This document shows, piece by piece, positions 1-10,714 of a stretch of DNA of 64,000 nt. Origin of the DNA: an uncultured Gemmatimonadales bacterium. GTDB taxonomy: Bacteria > Gemmatimonadota > Gemmatimonadetes > Longimicrobiales > Gaopeijiaceae. The stretch spans positions 288,001-352,000 of the forward strand of contig CAWGKG010000014.1 in assembly GCA_963823035.1 (NCBI GenBank). Direction: 5' to 3'. Numbering within the stretch: position 1 is the first letter of the stretch; each line of letters starts with the position of its first letter. A program made the translations under genes and the position numbers. The notes below the pieces were generated by a model that saw nothing but the letters and a program-made list of their open reading frames with translations, was not told the DNA's origin and did not search any database.

Positions 1-932
1 CACCCGCCACTCCCAGGGCTCGCGCACGTCCAGGAGGAAAGGAGGACGGTCGGAGCCGAGCCGCGCGACCACCTCGGCCGCGTCCAGCTCGACCACCGCG
101 CCCCCGGCGCCCGCGCCGTTCGTCGCGACGCCGCAGAAGACCTCGTAGTCGATGAGCCCGCGCTGCGTCGGGGCGTCGCCGCACACCGGGCACTCCGGGT
201 TGCGACGCAGCCGCACCTCGCGCCAGGTCATCTCGAGCGCGTCGAAGATCAGCAGGCGACCGCTCAGGCTCTCCCCGACGCCGAGGATCAGCTTGATCGT
301 CTCCATCGCCTGCAGCGAGCCGATGATCCCGGGCAGCACGCCCAGCACGCCTCCTTCGGCGCAGTTGGGCACGAGCCCGGGCGGCGGGGGCTCGCGGAAC
401 AGGCAGCGGTAGCACGGACCTCCGGGCATGCCGAACACGGAGACCTGCCCCTCCCACCGGAAGATGGACCCGTACACGTTCGGCTTGCCGAGCAGGACGC
501 AGGCGTCGTTCACCAGGTAACGCGTGGGGAAGTTGTCCGTGCCGTCCACCACGACGTCGTAGTCGGCGAGGACGTCCAGCGCGTTCGCGGACGTGAGCCG
601 GGCCTGATGGCGGACCACCTGGACGTGCGGGTTCACGTCGGCCAGCCGGTCGGCGGCGCTGTCCAGCTTCGGGCGACCCACGTCCCGGGTGCCGTGCAGG
701 ATCTGCCGCTGCAGGTTCGTCGCATCGACCACGTCGTCGTCGACGATGCCGAGCGTGCCGACGCCGGCCGCCGCGAGGTAGAGCGCGAGGGGCGATCCCA
801 GGCCACCCGCACCGACACAGGCGACGCGCGCGGCCTTCAGCCGGCGCTGACCGTCCTCGCCCGACGCTCGGGGAGGACGAGATGGCGCGCGTAGCGCTGC
901 AGCTCGGTGGGGGAGAGCTCGGGGAGGGTCAT
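1..932 (-). CDS. moeB: Molybdopterin-synthase adenylyltransferase MoeB/ThiF with C-terminal rhodanese domain (runs off window; frameshift ~868)
   Basis: Minus strand reads MTLPELSPTELQRYARHLVLP, then in another frame VGAGGLGSP, NLQRQILH, DGTDNFPTRYLVNDAC, CYRCLF..PPP, CPVC and FLLDVREPWEW (rhodanese). Confidence 0.92.
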
Positions 933-974
933 GGTCCGTTGCACCCCCACCCACCCCCCGGGTTCCAACCCCCA

Positions 975-1020
975 TGGACAACCAGGAGGGAGACGCCTAT
1001 TCTCTACGAAGAACTTCGTA
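975..1020 (+). promoter_or_regulatory. Sigma-70-like promoter with adjacent palindromic operator (probable BlaI site)
   Basis: TGGACA(975-980)-N17-TATTCT(998-1003), immediately followed by the perfect inverted repeat TACGAAG-aa-CTTCGTA (1005-1020), upstream of blaI. Confidence 0.65.
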
Positions 1021-1085
1021 ACACCGCGTGGACACCCGCCTCCGGCGCGAGGCAGACCACGCAGACGCAACCACGGAGAGACGCC

Positions 1086-1472
1086 ATGGGAGGCGAGACC
1101 GCCTTCACCGAGCGCGAGCTGGACATCATGAGCGTACTGTGGCGAGCCGGTTCGGGCACCGTCGCCGAGGTGCGCGACGCGCTCTCCACCGACCTCGGCT
1201 ACACGAGCGTCCTCAAGATGCTGCAGATCCTCGAGGAGAAGGGGCTCGTGCGGCACGAGGCCGAAGGCCGGGCGTACCGCTACTTCGCCGTGGTCGAGCC
1301 GGAGGAGGCGGGAGGCGACGCGCTGCGCCGCATCGTCGACAAGATCTTCCAGGGTTCCGCCGAGATGGCCCTGGCGCGTCTCGTCTCGGATCGGCCGTTG
1401 CGTCCCGCCGAGGTGAAGCGGCTCAAGGCGCTCCTCGACGAGGCCGCCGCCGAGGAGGAGGAGGGGGGCTGA
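1086..1472 (+). CDS. BlaI/MecI/CopY family transcriptional repressor
   Basis: FTERELDIMSVLW..GSGTVAEVR..YTSVLKMLQILEEKGLV..GRAYRY; GGAG upstream; TGATG overlap with the M56 gene. Confidence 0.93.
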   Translation: MGGETAFTERELDIMSVLWRAGSGTVAEVRDALSTDLGYTSVLKMLQILEEKGLVRHEAEGRAYRYFAVVEPEEAGGDALRRIVDKIFQGSAEMALARLVSDRPLRPAEVKRLKALLDEAAAEEEEGG

Positions 1473-2645
1473 TGGCCGTGTGGATGGCGTACGCGGTCAC
1501 GGTGGGCGCCCTCCTGGCCGGCTCGGCCCGCGTGGCCGAGTTCGCCCTGCGCGGTCGCGACCGGGCCGCACGCCATGCCTGGACGGCGGCGCTGGCGCTG
1601 TCGATCGCCCTCCCCGCGTGGGCGCTGCTTCCCTCGAGCCGGAGCCGACGCCCGCGGTGGACGCGCCGGCCCTGCCGGTGCTCCTGGTGGCGCGCGGCCT
1701 GGCCGCTGTCCCGACGCTGGCCTCGCGTCTCGAGCGGGCGGAGCCCTGGCTCCTGGGGGCGTGGCTGGTCGCGAGCTCGTTGCTCGCCGCCGCCGTGCTC
1801 GGGGGTCTCGCGCGCCTCGGGCGCAGGGCACGCCGCTGGCCGGTCGCGCACTTCGGCGACGGCGAGGTGATCGTCTCGGACGACTTCGGCCCTGCGCTGC
1901 TGGGCCTGCGCGCGCCGCGGGTGGTGCTGCCGCGCTGGACGCTACGGCTGGACCCGGACCGCGTCCGGCTGGTCGTCCTGCACGAAGAGGAGCACCGCCG
2001 CGCACGCGACGGCCACCTCCTGCTCGCCGGGATGCTCGCGGCGATCCTGGCTCCCTGGAACCCGGCCATCTGGTGGCAGCTCCGACGCCTGCGGGCGGCG
2101 GTGGAGCTCGACTGCGACGCCCGCGTGCTTCGTCGCGGTGCGTCCCCACGCGTCTACGGCCGCCTGCTCCTCGAGCTGGGCAGCCGTGCCCCCGGCCTCC
2201 CCTTCCCCGTGGCCGCCCTCTCCACGTCCCGCTCCCTTCTGGAAAGGAGGCTCCGAATGATCGTTCGAGGTAGGAAAGACGGAGGCGCCGCACGCACGGC
2301 GCTCGCCGCGGCAGCGGCGCTGGCCCTCGTCGTCGCCGCCTGCGAGGCGCCCACGCCCACGGCCGTCCCCCCCACGGCCGGCGATCCGGACGCCGTCGGT
2401 GGTCCAGGTATCGCCCGTTGGATCGGCGCGCACCCTGGTCGCGGACGCGACCGGCGGGCAGCCCTGGGTGTTCATCGACGGGCAGCGCTCGCCGGAGGGG
2501 TTCCCGCGGACGCTCGACCCCGCGGACATCGAACGGATCGAGGTCGTGAAGGGGGGCGCCGCGGTGCGGCTCTTCGGTGCGGAGGCGTCCGACGGGGTGA
2601 TCCAGGTCTTCACGAGAGGCGGCCCGCGGCGGAGGGGAAGAGTAG
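1472..2645 (+). CDS. BlaR1/M56 family metallopeptidase with C-terminal TonB-receptor plug-like domain (frameshifts ~1630, ~2400, ~2625)
   Basis: N-terminal TM helices, LHEEEHRRARD, WNPAIWW..ELDCDARVL, LERRLRMI; C-terminal LDPADIERIEVVKG..A...FG.EASDGVIQVFT. End inferred. Confidence 0.85.
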
Positions 2646-2673
2646 CGAGAGAGGGTCCGCCCGGGTCGCCGTC

Positions 2674-2706
2674 AGCGGGGGTCGCCTTCGGGCGCCCCCC
2701 GCTTTC
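2674..2706. terminator. Hairpin between convergent genes
   Basis: agcgggggtcgcc-ttcg-ggcgccccccgct followed by ttc. Confidence 0.55.
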
Positions 2707-4917
2707 ACGTCGGGGGTGTGTCTGCGGTCACCTCGCCGGGGGTTCCCCGTGCTCCGCCGTTGGCCACGATCTCGAAGGCGAGCGCGTCCTGCTGGAAGCG
2801 GCTCACGGTCTCCGTGTCCAGCCCCGCCTTCCGGGACGCGTCGGAGAGCTGCAGCGCCATCACGTAGTAGTACCAGGGGATGTTGAGCGTGGAGCGGTCC
2901 GCCCAGATCGCCCGGTCACGCAGGCTCCGGAAGCGGTAGACGTCCTCGTACAGGGCGAGCGACGCGGGCATGTCGAACCAGTCCCCGCCGTATTCGGGGG
3001 AGCCCTGCACCACGCCCTCCCGCTGCTCCTGCTTCAGGTCCCGCAGCTCCAGCTTGACCGCCAACCCGTGGCGCACGCCCCACGCGCTGGAGGCCGAGGT
3101 CGTTCATCATCCCGCCGGACGCGGCGAAGTAGACGGGGCGCTCGTCGATCGAGTCGTGGATGAACGCCAGCGCGATCTGCGCGTCGCGGTTCAGCACCAT
3201 CCCCGACGGATACGTGACCGCGATGCCGGGGAACGGAACCGTGACGTCCTGGCCGAGCCTCGCCCCACCGATGTTGTCCATCTGCTCGTCGGTGAGCGTC
3301 GTCACCGACCGCGTCGGCGGGTGCTCGGGCGCCTCGTACACGGTGTCCAGCTCGGGCGCGTCGAAGGGACGCTGCCGATCCGGAGCCGTCAGGTCGCGCA
3401 GCTGCTTCGGATACCACGAGGTGAAGAGGTACTGTCCCACCACGACGGTGACGTCGCGGCGTACGCCCTCCACCTCCTGCATGTACCAGAGCGGGAAGGT
3501 GTCGTTGTCGCCGTTCGTGAAGAGCACCGCGTAGGGCTCGACGCTCATGAGGAGGTCGTACGCCCAGTCGTGCGCGGCATAGTCGCCCGCACGGCTGGCC
3601 CAACTCCAGTTGAGCGCGAGCGGAAGGGCCGCCAGCACCAGGACCGGCGCCGCGATCGCCCAACGCCGCGGTCGCTCGAGCGCGGCGGCCATGCGTCCCC
3701 AGGCCCACGCGATCCCCACCCCCGCCATCACCCCCCATACGAGGAAGCTCGCCACGAAGAAGTAGTCGCGCTCGCGCACCTCGTGCGTACCCGATCCCGT
3801 CACCTCGGGGGAGAGCGAGTAGCCGTACTTGAAGTTCAGGTAGAAGACCAGCCCCAGCGTGAGCGTGAGGAGGAGCGCCGCGACGTAGCCGAAGATCGCC
3901 CGGTCCGCCTTCCACGCGGCCCACAGCCCCAGGAGGCCGAGGCCGAAGAAGAGGAGGCTGAACGGCGTGCGCAGCGGACCCGGGCAGCTCGGTGGCGGCC
4001 ATGCCGCGCGACCACTGCCAGTCGAAGTACTGCCAGTAGTTCTCGAGCTGGGCGCCGAAGGGCGCCTGGCGCTCGGTGACCGGAGGCTTCTGGTACTGCT
4101 TGCGGGAGAGGTTGTCCGCGAGCGCCTGGCAGCCGGCCTTCCCGTTCGTGTAGATCGCCGTCGCCGCGCCGACGAAGCTCTCGCAGGTCGCGTCCCCCTC
4201 GTTGAGGACGGGGTCCTGCGCCGCGCGCACGGGAAGGAAGAAGTTCACGGACAGCCCCAGGACCGTCAGCGCCACGGCGCGCGTCAGGAAGCGCGGCCGC
4301 AGGACGGTCATGGGGGCGGTGACCAGCACCAGGACGCCGAGCGCCGGCAGGGGCAGCACGGACATGAGGTGGTTGGTGCTGCCGATCACCATCAGGAAGA
4401 GCGCCCACAGGAGGAGGCGCTCGCTGCCGGGCTGGTCGTGCCGGTCCCGCCAGCGCACGGCGAGCCAGCTCACGGCCGCGATGACGAACACGCTGAACGT
4501 GTACACCTTCTCGTTGACGTTCGACTGGTTCCAGACCGTGTAGGCGGTCGCGCCGACCAGCGCGGCCACCGCCGCGCCCACCACGGCGTGCCGCCCCTCG
4601 CCGAGCACCGGACGCAGGATCCGATGCGCGACCAGGAAGAGGAAGGCGCTCGCCCCCGCGCTCGTGACGGCGGCGAAGAGGTTGACGCGCACCGCCACCG
4701 AAAGGCCGAACGGAGAGAGCAGCCAGCTCCAGGTGTGGGCGAGCAGCACGAAGAGCGGGTTCCCCGGAGGGTGCGGGATCCCGAGGATGTGCGCGGTGGC
4801 GATGTACTCGCTCGTGTCCCAGAACGCCGTCGTCGGGGCCAGGGTGACGACGTACAGGGCCAGGACCGCGAGGCCGACGAGGGCGGCGGCGCGGTACGGG
4901 GGACGCGGTTGGTCCAT
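2705..4917 (-). CDS. DUF2723 / TMEM260-like membrane glycosyltransferase (frameshifts ~3975, ~3805, ~3085)
   Basis: TLAPTTAFWDTSEYIATAHILGIPHPPGNPLF, EKVY, HEVRERDYFF, LFTNGDNDTFPLWY.QEVEGVRRDV; many TM segments. Confidence 0.88.
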
Positions 4918-5042
4918 GCGATCGTTTCCGATTTCGCTACACGCGGGAGGCCGGCTTGCGGGGCCGAGCGGGGAACGGGTTTGTATCCGGCGCGGTCGGC
5001 GGGGTTCCGCCCAGCGCCCGGACGAAGGTGCGCGGCGACCTG

Positions 5043-6314
5043 CTAGCCGTCGCGGTCGCGAGCGGGGACACCCTGCCGCGCGGCCGTCCGGAGCAGATCG
5101 AGCACCCGGTCGACCTCCGCGGGCCGATTGTACACGTGCGTGGACAGCCGCATCCACCCGAAGCCGTACTCGGAGACGACGCGGGTACGGACCCTGGCCT
5201 CCCGGGCCAGCCACGCCTGCAGGTCGAGCGCGTCCACGCCGTCCATCGTGAACGACACCATCGCCGCGCGCAGCGCCTCCTCGGAAGGCGTCTTCACGGT
5301 CACGCCCGGGATAGCGCCGAGGCCCTCCTGCACGCGCGCGCGCAGGGAGCGCGCCCGCGCTTCCACCCTTTCGATGCCGATCGCCTGGAGGAACTCCGCA
5401 GCGGCGAGCAGCCCGGCCAGGCGCGACTCGTCGAAGGTGCCCATGTGGTTGAAGCGCTGTGCGCCGAGGGAGAGGTCGTCCCACCCGCCGGAGGCGAGCG
5501 TCGGCCACAGCGTCCGCCGCCACTTCGGCGCCAGGTAGAGCAGGCCGGTCCCCTGCGGCGCCAGAAGCCACTTGTGGGGTGACGACGCGTAGAAGTCACA
5601 GCCGATGGCGCCCACGTCCAGCGACATCATCCCCGGCGGATGGGCACCGTCCACCGCCAGCGGGATGCCCCGGTCGGCGCAGCGCGCGGCCAGCTCGGCC
5701 ACCGGGAGGATGGTCCCGTTCGTGAAGGTGACGTGGCTGACGCTCACCACCCGGGTGGCGGGACCCACGCGCGACCACACGGCTTCGAGCAGCTCTGCGG
5801 ACGACGTCGCGGGAACCGGCAGGCGCGCCACCACGAGCGTCGCGCCGCGCCGCGTGGTGGCGAGCTTCCAGGGCTCGAGGCCACCGATGTGCTCGTGATC
5901 GGTCGTGAGCACCTCGTCGCCGGGCCCGACGTCGAGTCCGTTCGCCACGAAGCTCATCGCCTCCGTGGTGTTGCGCGGGAAGACGAAGCCCTCGGGGTCG
6001 CCGCCCACCAGGGCGGACATGGAGGCCTTCACGTCGTCCCACGCGACACCGGGCGGATACGTCGACGCCACCCTGCGCGCGTGCTCGGCGACCGCCTCGA
6101 CCACCACGAGCGGCGAGGGTCCCAGGGTGCCGTTGTTCAGGTAGATGCGGTCGGGCGGAATCAGGAACTGCGAGCGCACCACCGCCCAGAACGCCTCGTC
6201 GTCGGGGTCGCCCCCACCTTCCAGCCGGCGTGCGAGCGCCGCCACGGCGCGGGGCCAGGCGAGCGCGCCGCCACCCAGGATCGCGAGGAATCCGCGCCGG
6301 TCGATACGGGCCAT
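5043..6314 (-). CDS. Tat-exported aminotransferase class V (isopenicillin N epimerase/cysteine desulfurase-like PLP enzyme)
   Basis: IDRRGFL twin-arginine signal; YLNNGTLGPSP, RNTTEA, DHEH, VDGAH, SPHKW (PLP lysine), RLSTHVYN. Confidence 0.9.
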   Translation of the reverse strand: MARIDRRGFLAILGGGALAWPRAVAALARRLEGGGDPDDEAFWAVVRSQFLIPPDRIYLNNGTLGPSPLVVVEAVAEHARRVASTYPPGVAWDDVKASMSALVGGDPEGFVFPRNTTEAMSFVANGLDVGPGDEVLTTDHEHIGGLEPWKLATTRRGATLVVARLPVPATSSAELLEAVWSRVGPATRVVSVSHVTFTNGTILPVAELAARCADRGIPLAVDGAHPPGMMSLDVGAIGCDFYASSPHKWLLAPQGTGLLYLAPKWRRTLWPTLASGGWDDLSLGAQRFNHMGTFDESRLAGLLAAAEFLQAIGIERVEARARSLRARVQEGLGAIPGVTVKTPSEEALRAAMVSFTMDGVDALDLQAWLAREARVRTRVVSEYGFGWMRLSTHVYNRPAEVDRVLDLLRTAARQGVPARDRDG

Positions 6315-6338
6315 CGGAGCGACCTCCTGGACGGCTCG

Positions 6339-6776
6339 TCAGCGCTTGACCGCGATGAAGGAGATCTCGAGCGCGGCCCCGCCGACGAGGTCCTTCACGG
6401 CGAGGGCTTCACGCGCCGGCGGATCGCTGGGGAAGTACTCGCCGTACACCTGGTTCATCTCTCCGTAGCCGTCGATGTCCGCCAGGAAGATCGTGCCCTT
6501 CACCACGTTCCCGAAGTCCAGCCCGAGCTCGTCGAAGAGCGCCTTGAACTGCTCCATGATGTTGCGCGTCTCCGCGGCGACCCGACCCTCCGACATCGCG
6601 CGGGTCTCCTGGGTGGCACCGACCTTCCCGGAGAACCAGTACGTGTCGCCGACCTGCACGGCCGCGCTGTACGGACGGCTGCTGCTGGGCTGGTGGGCGA
6701 TCCGGGGCGCGGCCTGGGCCGTCAGCGGCTGGGCCGCCACGGCCGCGGCGAAGGCGAGGACGAGGGCGGTGCGCAT
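6339..6776 (-). CDS. RidA/YjgF family protein with N-terminal signal peptide
   Basis: MRTALVLAFAAAVAAQPLTAQ signal; PYSAAV, NVVKGTIFL, MNQVYGEYF..PPAR, LEISFIA. Confidence 0.88.
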   Translation of the reverse strand: MRTALVLAFAAAVAAQPLTAQAAPRIAHQPSSSRPYSAAVQVGDTYWFSGKVGATQETRAMSEGRVAAETRNIMEQFKALFDELGLDFGNVVKGTIFLADIDGYGEMNQVYGEYFPSDPPAREALAVKDLVGGAALEISFIAVKR

Positions 6777-6912
6777 CGAGGGTGCTCCTGCGAAGGTGGG
6801 CGACCTGCGGGTTCGCCCGATCATGCCGGGGCGAGGTGGGGGGCGCAAGCGACCCCGACACCCAGCCATTCCCGCTGGCGCCCCCGCCACGCGCCGGTAG
6901 ATTTCCCCTCCC

Positions 6913-8016
6913 ATGCCCGGCTCACCCGCGCGAACCTTCCGCTACATCCGATCGTGGCTCACCGGACGGGACGACCTCGTCTCCGGGGAGCTCGTGCTCG
7001 ACCGTGACGGCACCGAGGTGCCGGCCACGCTTCTCCTGCCGCGGGCCCGCCGGGCTCCCCTCCCCGCCTGGATCGTCCTGCACGGGATCACCCGGCCCGG
7101 GCGCGAGCACGCGCAGCTCGTGCGCTTCACCCGCGCCGTGGCGTCGGGGGGGTGCGCCGTCCTCCTGCCCGAGGTGCCCGAGTGGCGGAAGCTGGACCTG
7201 GCGCCCGCCACCACGCTTCCGACGATCGTCGCCTCCGTTCGGGCGCTCGAGACGCTCGAGGACGTCGACGTCGACCGGGTCGGGCTGGCCGGGTTCTCCT
7301 TCGGATCCCCGCAGGCGATCGCCGCGTCGGCGCACCCCGCTCTGCGCGGCCGCCTCGTGGGCGTGGTGGGCTTCGGTGGCTACTGCGACCTGGAGCGCAC
7401 CATCCTCTTCCAGCTGACGGGCCGCCATGAGTGGGAGGGACGGGAGCTCCACCTCCGCGCCGACCCCTACGGCCGGTGGATCGTCGCAGCCAACTACCTC
7501 ACGGCGATCCCCGGGCTGGAGGACTGCGCCCCGGTCGCGGACGGCGTCCGGCGCCTGGCCGCCGCGGCGGGCGACTGGGGCGTGATGTCGTGGGACGCCC
7601 GCCTCGACCCGATCAAGAAGGAGCTGCGCGCTAAGCTCTCCGCCGGACAGGAGCGGGACGTGTTCGACCTGCTCGCTCCGGAAGACGGGGGCGACGCCGC
7701 GGGGAACGAGGCCGTGGAGCTGGCCCACGCGCTCGCGGGCGCGGCGCGGCGGGTGGACCCGGCCATCGAGCCCGGCCCCGTCCTGAAGCACGCTCCGGGT
7801 CCGGTCCACCTCCTGCACGGCCTGCGCGACCACCTCATCCCCTACACGGAGATGCTGCGCCTCGCGGGTCTCCTCCCCGACGGCGTGGTACGCCAGGCGA
7901 CCGTCACGCGGCTCTTCGCCCACTCCGCGCAGGACCCCTTCCCCGGCATCGTGGAAGGTGCCCGCGAGACGGCGCGCTTCGCGCGCGCGCTCTCGAGGCT
8001 CCTCGCCGTCGTCTGA
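6913..8016 (+). CDS. Alpha/beta hydrolase-fold protein
   Basis: WIVLHG, GFSFG nucleophile elbow, LLHG..DHLIP, C-terminal FAHS. Confidence 0.75.
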   Translation: MPGSPARTFRYIRSWLTGRDDLVSGELVLDRDGTEVPATLLLPRARRAPLPAWIVLHGITRPGREHAQLVRFTRAVASGGCAVLLPEVPEWRKLDLAPATTLPTIVASVRALETLEDVDVDRVGLAGFSFGSPQAIAASAHPALRGRLVGVVGFGGYCDLERTILFQLTGRHEWEGRELHLRADPYGRWIVAANYLTAIPGLEDCAPVADGVRRLAAAAGDWGVMSWDARLDPIKKELRAKLSAGQERDVFDLLAPEDGGDAAGNEAVELAHALAGAARRVDPAIEPGPVLKHAPGPVHLLHGLRDHLIPYTEMLRLAGLLPDGVVRQATVTRLFAHSAQDPFPGIVEGARETARFARALSRLLAVV

Positions 8017-8035
8017 GACGCTCGACGAAGGCTTT

Positions 8036-9064
8036 CTACCGCACCCCGAGGAGCTCCCGGACGGCCGCCTTCACCTCGGCGCCGCGGTCATCGATGGCCT
8101 GCACGAGGAGGCTCCTGGCGTGCGGAGTGCCGATCTTGTGGAGCGCCCGGTAGGCCGCGATGCGCACGTCCGGGGGTGGGCGCGAGAAGAACGAGCCGAC
8201 GGCGCGCTTCTCGATCGCGGTCACCGCGCGGGGATCCCCCAGCTGTCCGAGAGCGTGCAGCACGCCCACCACGACGCTCGGCTCGGACTCGTCGTCCAGC
8301 ACGGCCAGCAGCGGCCGCAGGGCACGCTCCACCTTCAACTCCCCCGCCGCCATCGCCGCGGCCAGGCGCACGTCCGGATCGGTATCCCCGATCATCCCCT
8401 GGATGAGCAGCCCCGCGTCGTCGCCGCCGATCTTCGCGAGCGCCAGGAGTCCCTCGCGGCGGACGCGGGCCTCCGGGTGCGCCAGCGCAACCGTGACCAG
8501 CTCGACGGCGCGCTTTCCTCCGATGTCTCCGAGGATGGCCGCGGCGTTGCGCACCACGAACCAGCGCCCGTCCTCGATCATGCGCTCGAGCCCCTCGACC
8601 ATCCCCTCCCCGAGACGCCGGCACGTCGTGATCAGCTCGTCCCGGCGCTCGTCGTTGCGCGCCCCTCCGAGGCGGTCGGCGACCCGCGCGGCGACGCCCT
8701 CCGTGAGGAGCGCACGCGCCATGGCGATGCACGCCTCGTCCGGCGGGTCCCCGGCCTCGCGGGTCAGCCGTTCGACCGAATCGGCCAGGACGTCGAGCGC
8801 GTTGGCCTCACGGAGCGCGGCGGCCTCGAGCCGAACCGTGCGAGCCTTCCCGTCCCGGTCGAGCGGAGAGGACTCGAGAAAGCGCGTGACCGCGGCGCGG
8901 AGCGCTTCGGGGTCGGCGGCCGCCGGATCGGGTCCGACCGGTCCTTCCACCTCCTCCCAGACCAGGTCCTCGACGCGGGAGGCCGGCGAGGGCGCGGGCG
9001 CGAAGAGGGCATCGACCGAGCGGGCCATCCCGGTCAGCTGCTTCCGTGCGTGCGACGGTTCCAT
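8036..9064 (-). CDS. HEAT-repeat protein
   Basis: D.RWFVVRNAAAILGDIG, RVRREGLLALAKIG, DVRLAAAMAAGEL, DVRIAAYRALHKIG repeats. Confidence 0.8.
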   Translation of the reverse strand: MEPSHARKQLTGMARSVDALFAPAPSPASRVEDLVWEEVEGPVGPDPAAADPEALRAAVTRFLESSPLDRDGKARTVRLEAAALREANALDVLADSVERLTREAGDPPDEACIAMARALLTEGVAARVADRLGGARNDERRDELITTCRRLGEGMVEGLERMIEDGRWFVVRNAAAILGDIGGKRAVELVTVALAHPEARVRREGLLALAKIGGDDAGLLIQGMIGDTDPDVRLAAAMAAGELKVERALRPLLAVLDDESEPSVVVGVLHALGQLGDPRAVTAIEKRAVGSFFSRPPPDVRIAAYRALHKIGTPHARSLLVQAIDDRGAEVKAAVRELLGVR

Positions 9065-9158
9065 GATGCTCCGCGAGAGAGGTCGCTGGGCTCGCTCGTG
9101 AGGACTCAATGTAGACGTCCGGCCCCCGCCGACGCGAGGGAGCGCGCAGCCCAGCGCG

Positions 9159-10571
9159 TCACTCCACCGGCAGTCCGACGGCTCGTCTTTCGTCGATCCC
9201 ACCCTCGACGTTCGCGACGCGCGTGAAGCCCTCGGCCTGCAGCAGGCTGACCCCGATCCCCGAGCGGCCCCCGGACTGGCAGTAGAGCAGGAGCTGCCGG
9301 TCGCGCGGAAGCTCGTCGACCCGCGCCCGCAGATAGCCCAGGTGGACGTGCTGCGCCCCGGGCGCGTGGCCCTGGTTCCACTCCGTCTGGCTGCGCACGT
9401 CCACGTAGAGCGCCCCATCCTCGACGACCGCGCGCTCCGCCCGCTCCCAGCCCATCACGTCGTACGTCTCCAGTGACCCCCCGGCCGGCCGGCCCTCCAC
9501 CGCCTTCGCGTCGAACCACCCGGCCACGTGATCGAGGCCGATCAGGACGAGGTCGCGAGCCGCCTCGTGCGCCTGCTGGGCCCCGTCGGCGATGAGGTGG
9601 ATGGGGTGGTCATAGGGGAGGTGCCACCCGCACCAGTTGGGGAACGACTTGTTGAGCGGGATGTTGAGCGTTCCGGGAACGTGTCCCTCCGCGAAGCGCT
9701 GGCGGGCGCGCGTGTCGACCACCACGGCTCCACCGCGCAGGAGGTCGTCGAGCGCACCGGGGTCCAGGCGCGGCGGGCGCGGAAGCCCGCCGATCAGCGG
9801 AGGGCCGTCGCGGTTCAGGCGCTTCATCTCGGCGAAATACCGGGGAGGCTCCGGCTGGTCCCGGAGCACCGCGTCCACGAAGCCGTCCTCGCTCTCGCAC
9901 TGGAACGCCCAGTTCACCAGCCGCTCGTACCCAAGCGTCGAGCTGGGCACCGCGCCGAGGGCCTTTCCGCAGGCCGAGCCCGCGCCGTGGCCCGGGAGCA
10001 CCTGGAGGTAGCCGGGCATCCGCCGGAAGCGCTCGAGGGCCCGGTAGAGCGTGCGGGCGCCCTCCTCCATCGTGTCCTTCACGCCGGCCGCCTTCTCGAG
10101 CAGGTCGGGCCGACCGACGTCACCCACGAAGATGAAGTCGCCCGTGAGGAGCCCCATGGGCTCGTCGGAGACCGCGCCGTCCGTGATCATGAAGGAGATG
10201 TGCTCGGGCGTGTGGCCGGGCGTGTGCAGGATGCGGACGCGGACGTTGCCGAGTGTCACCTCGTCGCCGTCGTGGACGATCCGCGCCCCGTCGTCGGCCG
10301 CGAAGCCGTACTGCCACGCCAGGGGCGCGTCACCCGAGAGAAGGAGGGTCGCGCCGGCGCGCCTCGCCAGCTCGCGCGCCCCGGAGAGGAAGTCCGCGTG
10401 GATGTGCGTCTCCGAGACGTAGCGGATCGTCATCCCCTCGTCGGCCGCGGCCGCGAGGTAGGCGTCCACGTCGCGGTTGGGGTCGACCACCAACGCTTCG
10501 CCTGCGGCCTGACATCCGACGAAGTAGCTCGCCTGCGCCAGCTTGTCGTCGTACAGGCGTCTCAGGAGCAT
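9159..10571 (-). CDS. MBL-fold metallohydrolase with two rhodanese domains (persulfide dioxygenase-sulfurtransferase-like)
   Basis: ETHIHADFLSG, TPGHTPEH, GDFIFVGDVGRPDL, PGHGAGSACG, CQSGGRS. Confidence 0.92.
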   Translation of the reverse strand: MLLRRLYDDKLAQASYFVGCQAAGEALVVDPNRDVDAYLAAAADEGMTIRYVSETHIHADFLSGARELARRAGATLLLSGDAPLAWQYGFAADDGARIVHDGDEVTLGNVRVRILHTPGHTPEHISFMITDGAVSDEPMGLLTGDFIFVGDVGRPDLLEKAAGVKDTMEEGARTLYRALERFRRMPGYLQVLPGHGAGSACGKALGAVPSSTLGYERLVNWAFQCESEDGFVDAVLRDQPEPPRYFAEMKRLNRDGPPLIGGLPRPPRLDPGALDDLLRGGAVVVDTRARQRFAEGHVPGTLNIPLNKSFPNWCGWHLPYDHPIHLIADGAQQAHEAARDLVLIGLDHVAGWFDAKAVEGRPAGGSLETYDVMGWERAERAVVEDGALYVDVRSQTEWNQGHAPGAQHVHLGYLRARVDELPRDRQLLLYCQSGGRSGIGVSLLQAEGFTRVANVEGGIDERRAVGLPVE

Positions 10572-10714
10572 CGGGCAGTCCCTCGGTCACGGGGGAGACT
10601 CCAACGGCGGCACAACATATCATGCACCGCGACGGCTTGCTCACCCCCCTCGGCCCGGACATCTTGGCGGTCCGGAACCTCGGCCGTCGAGACTCCCCCC
10701 GGAGTGGAAAACCC

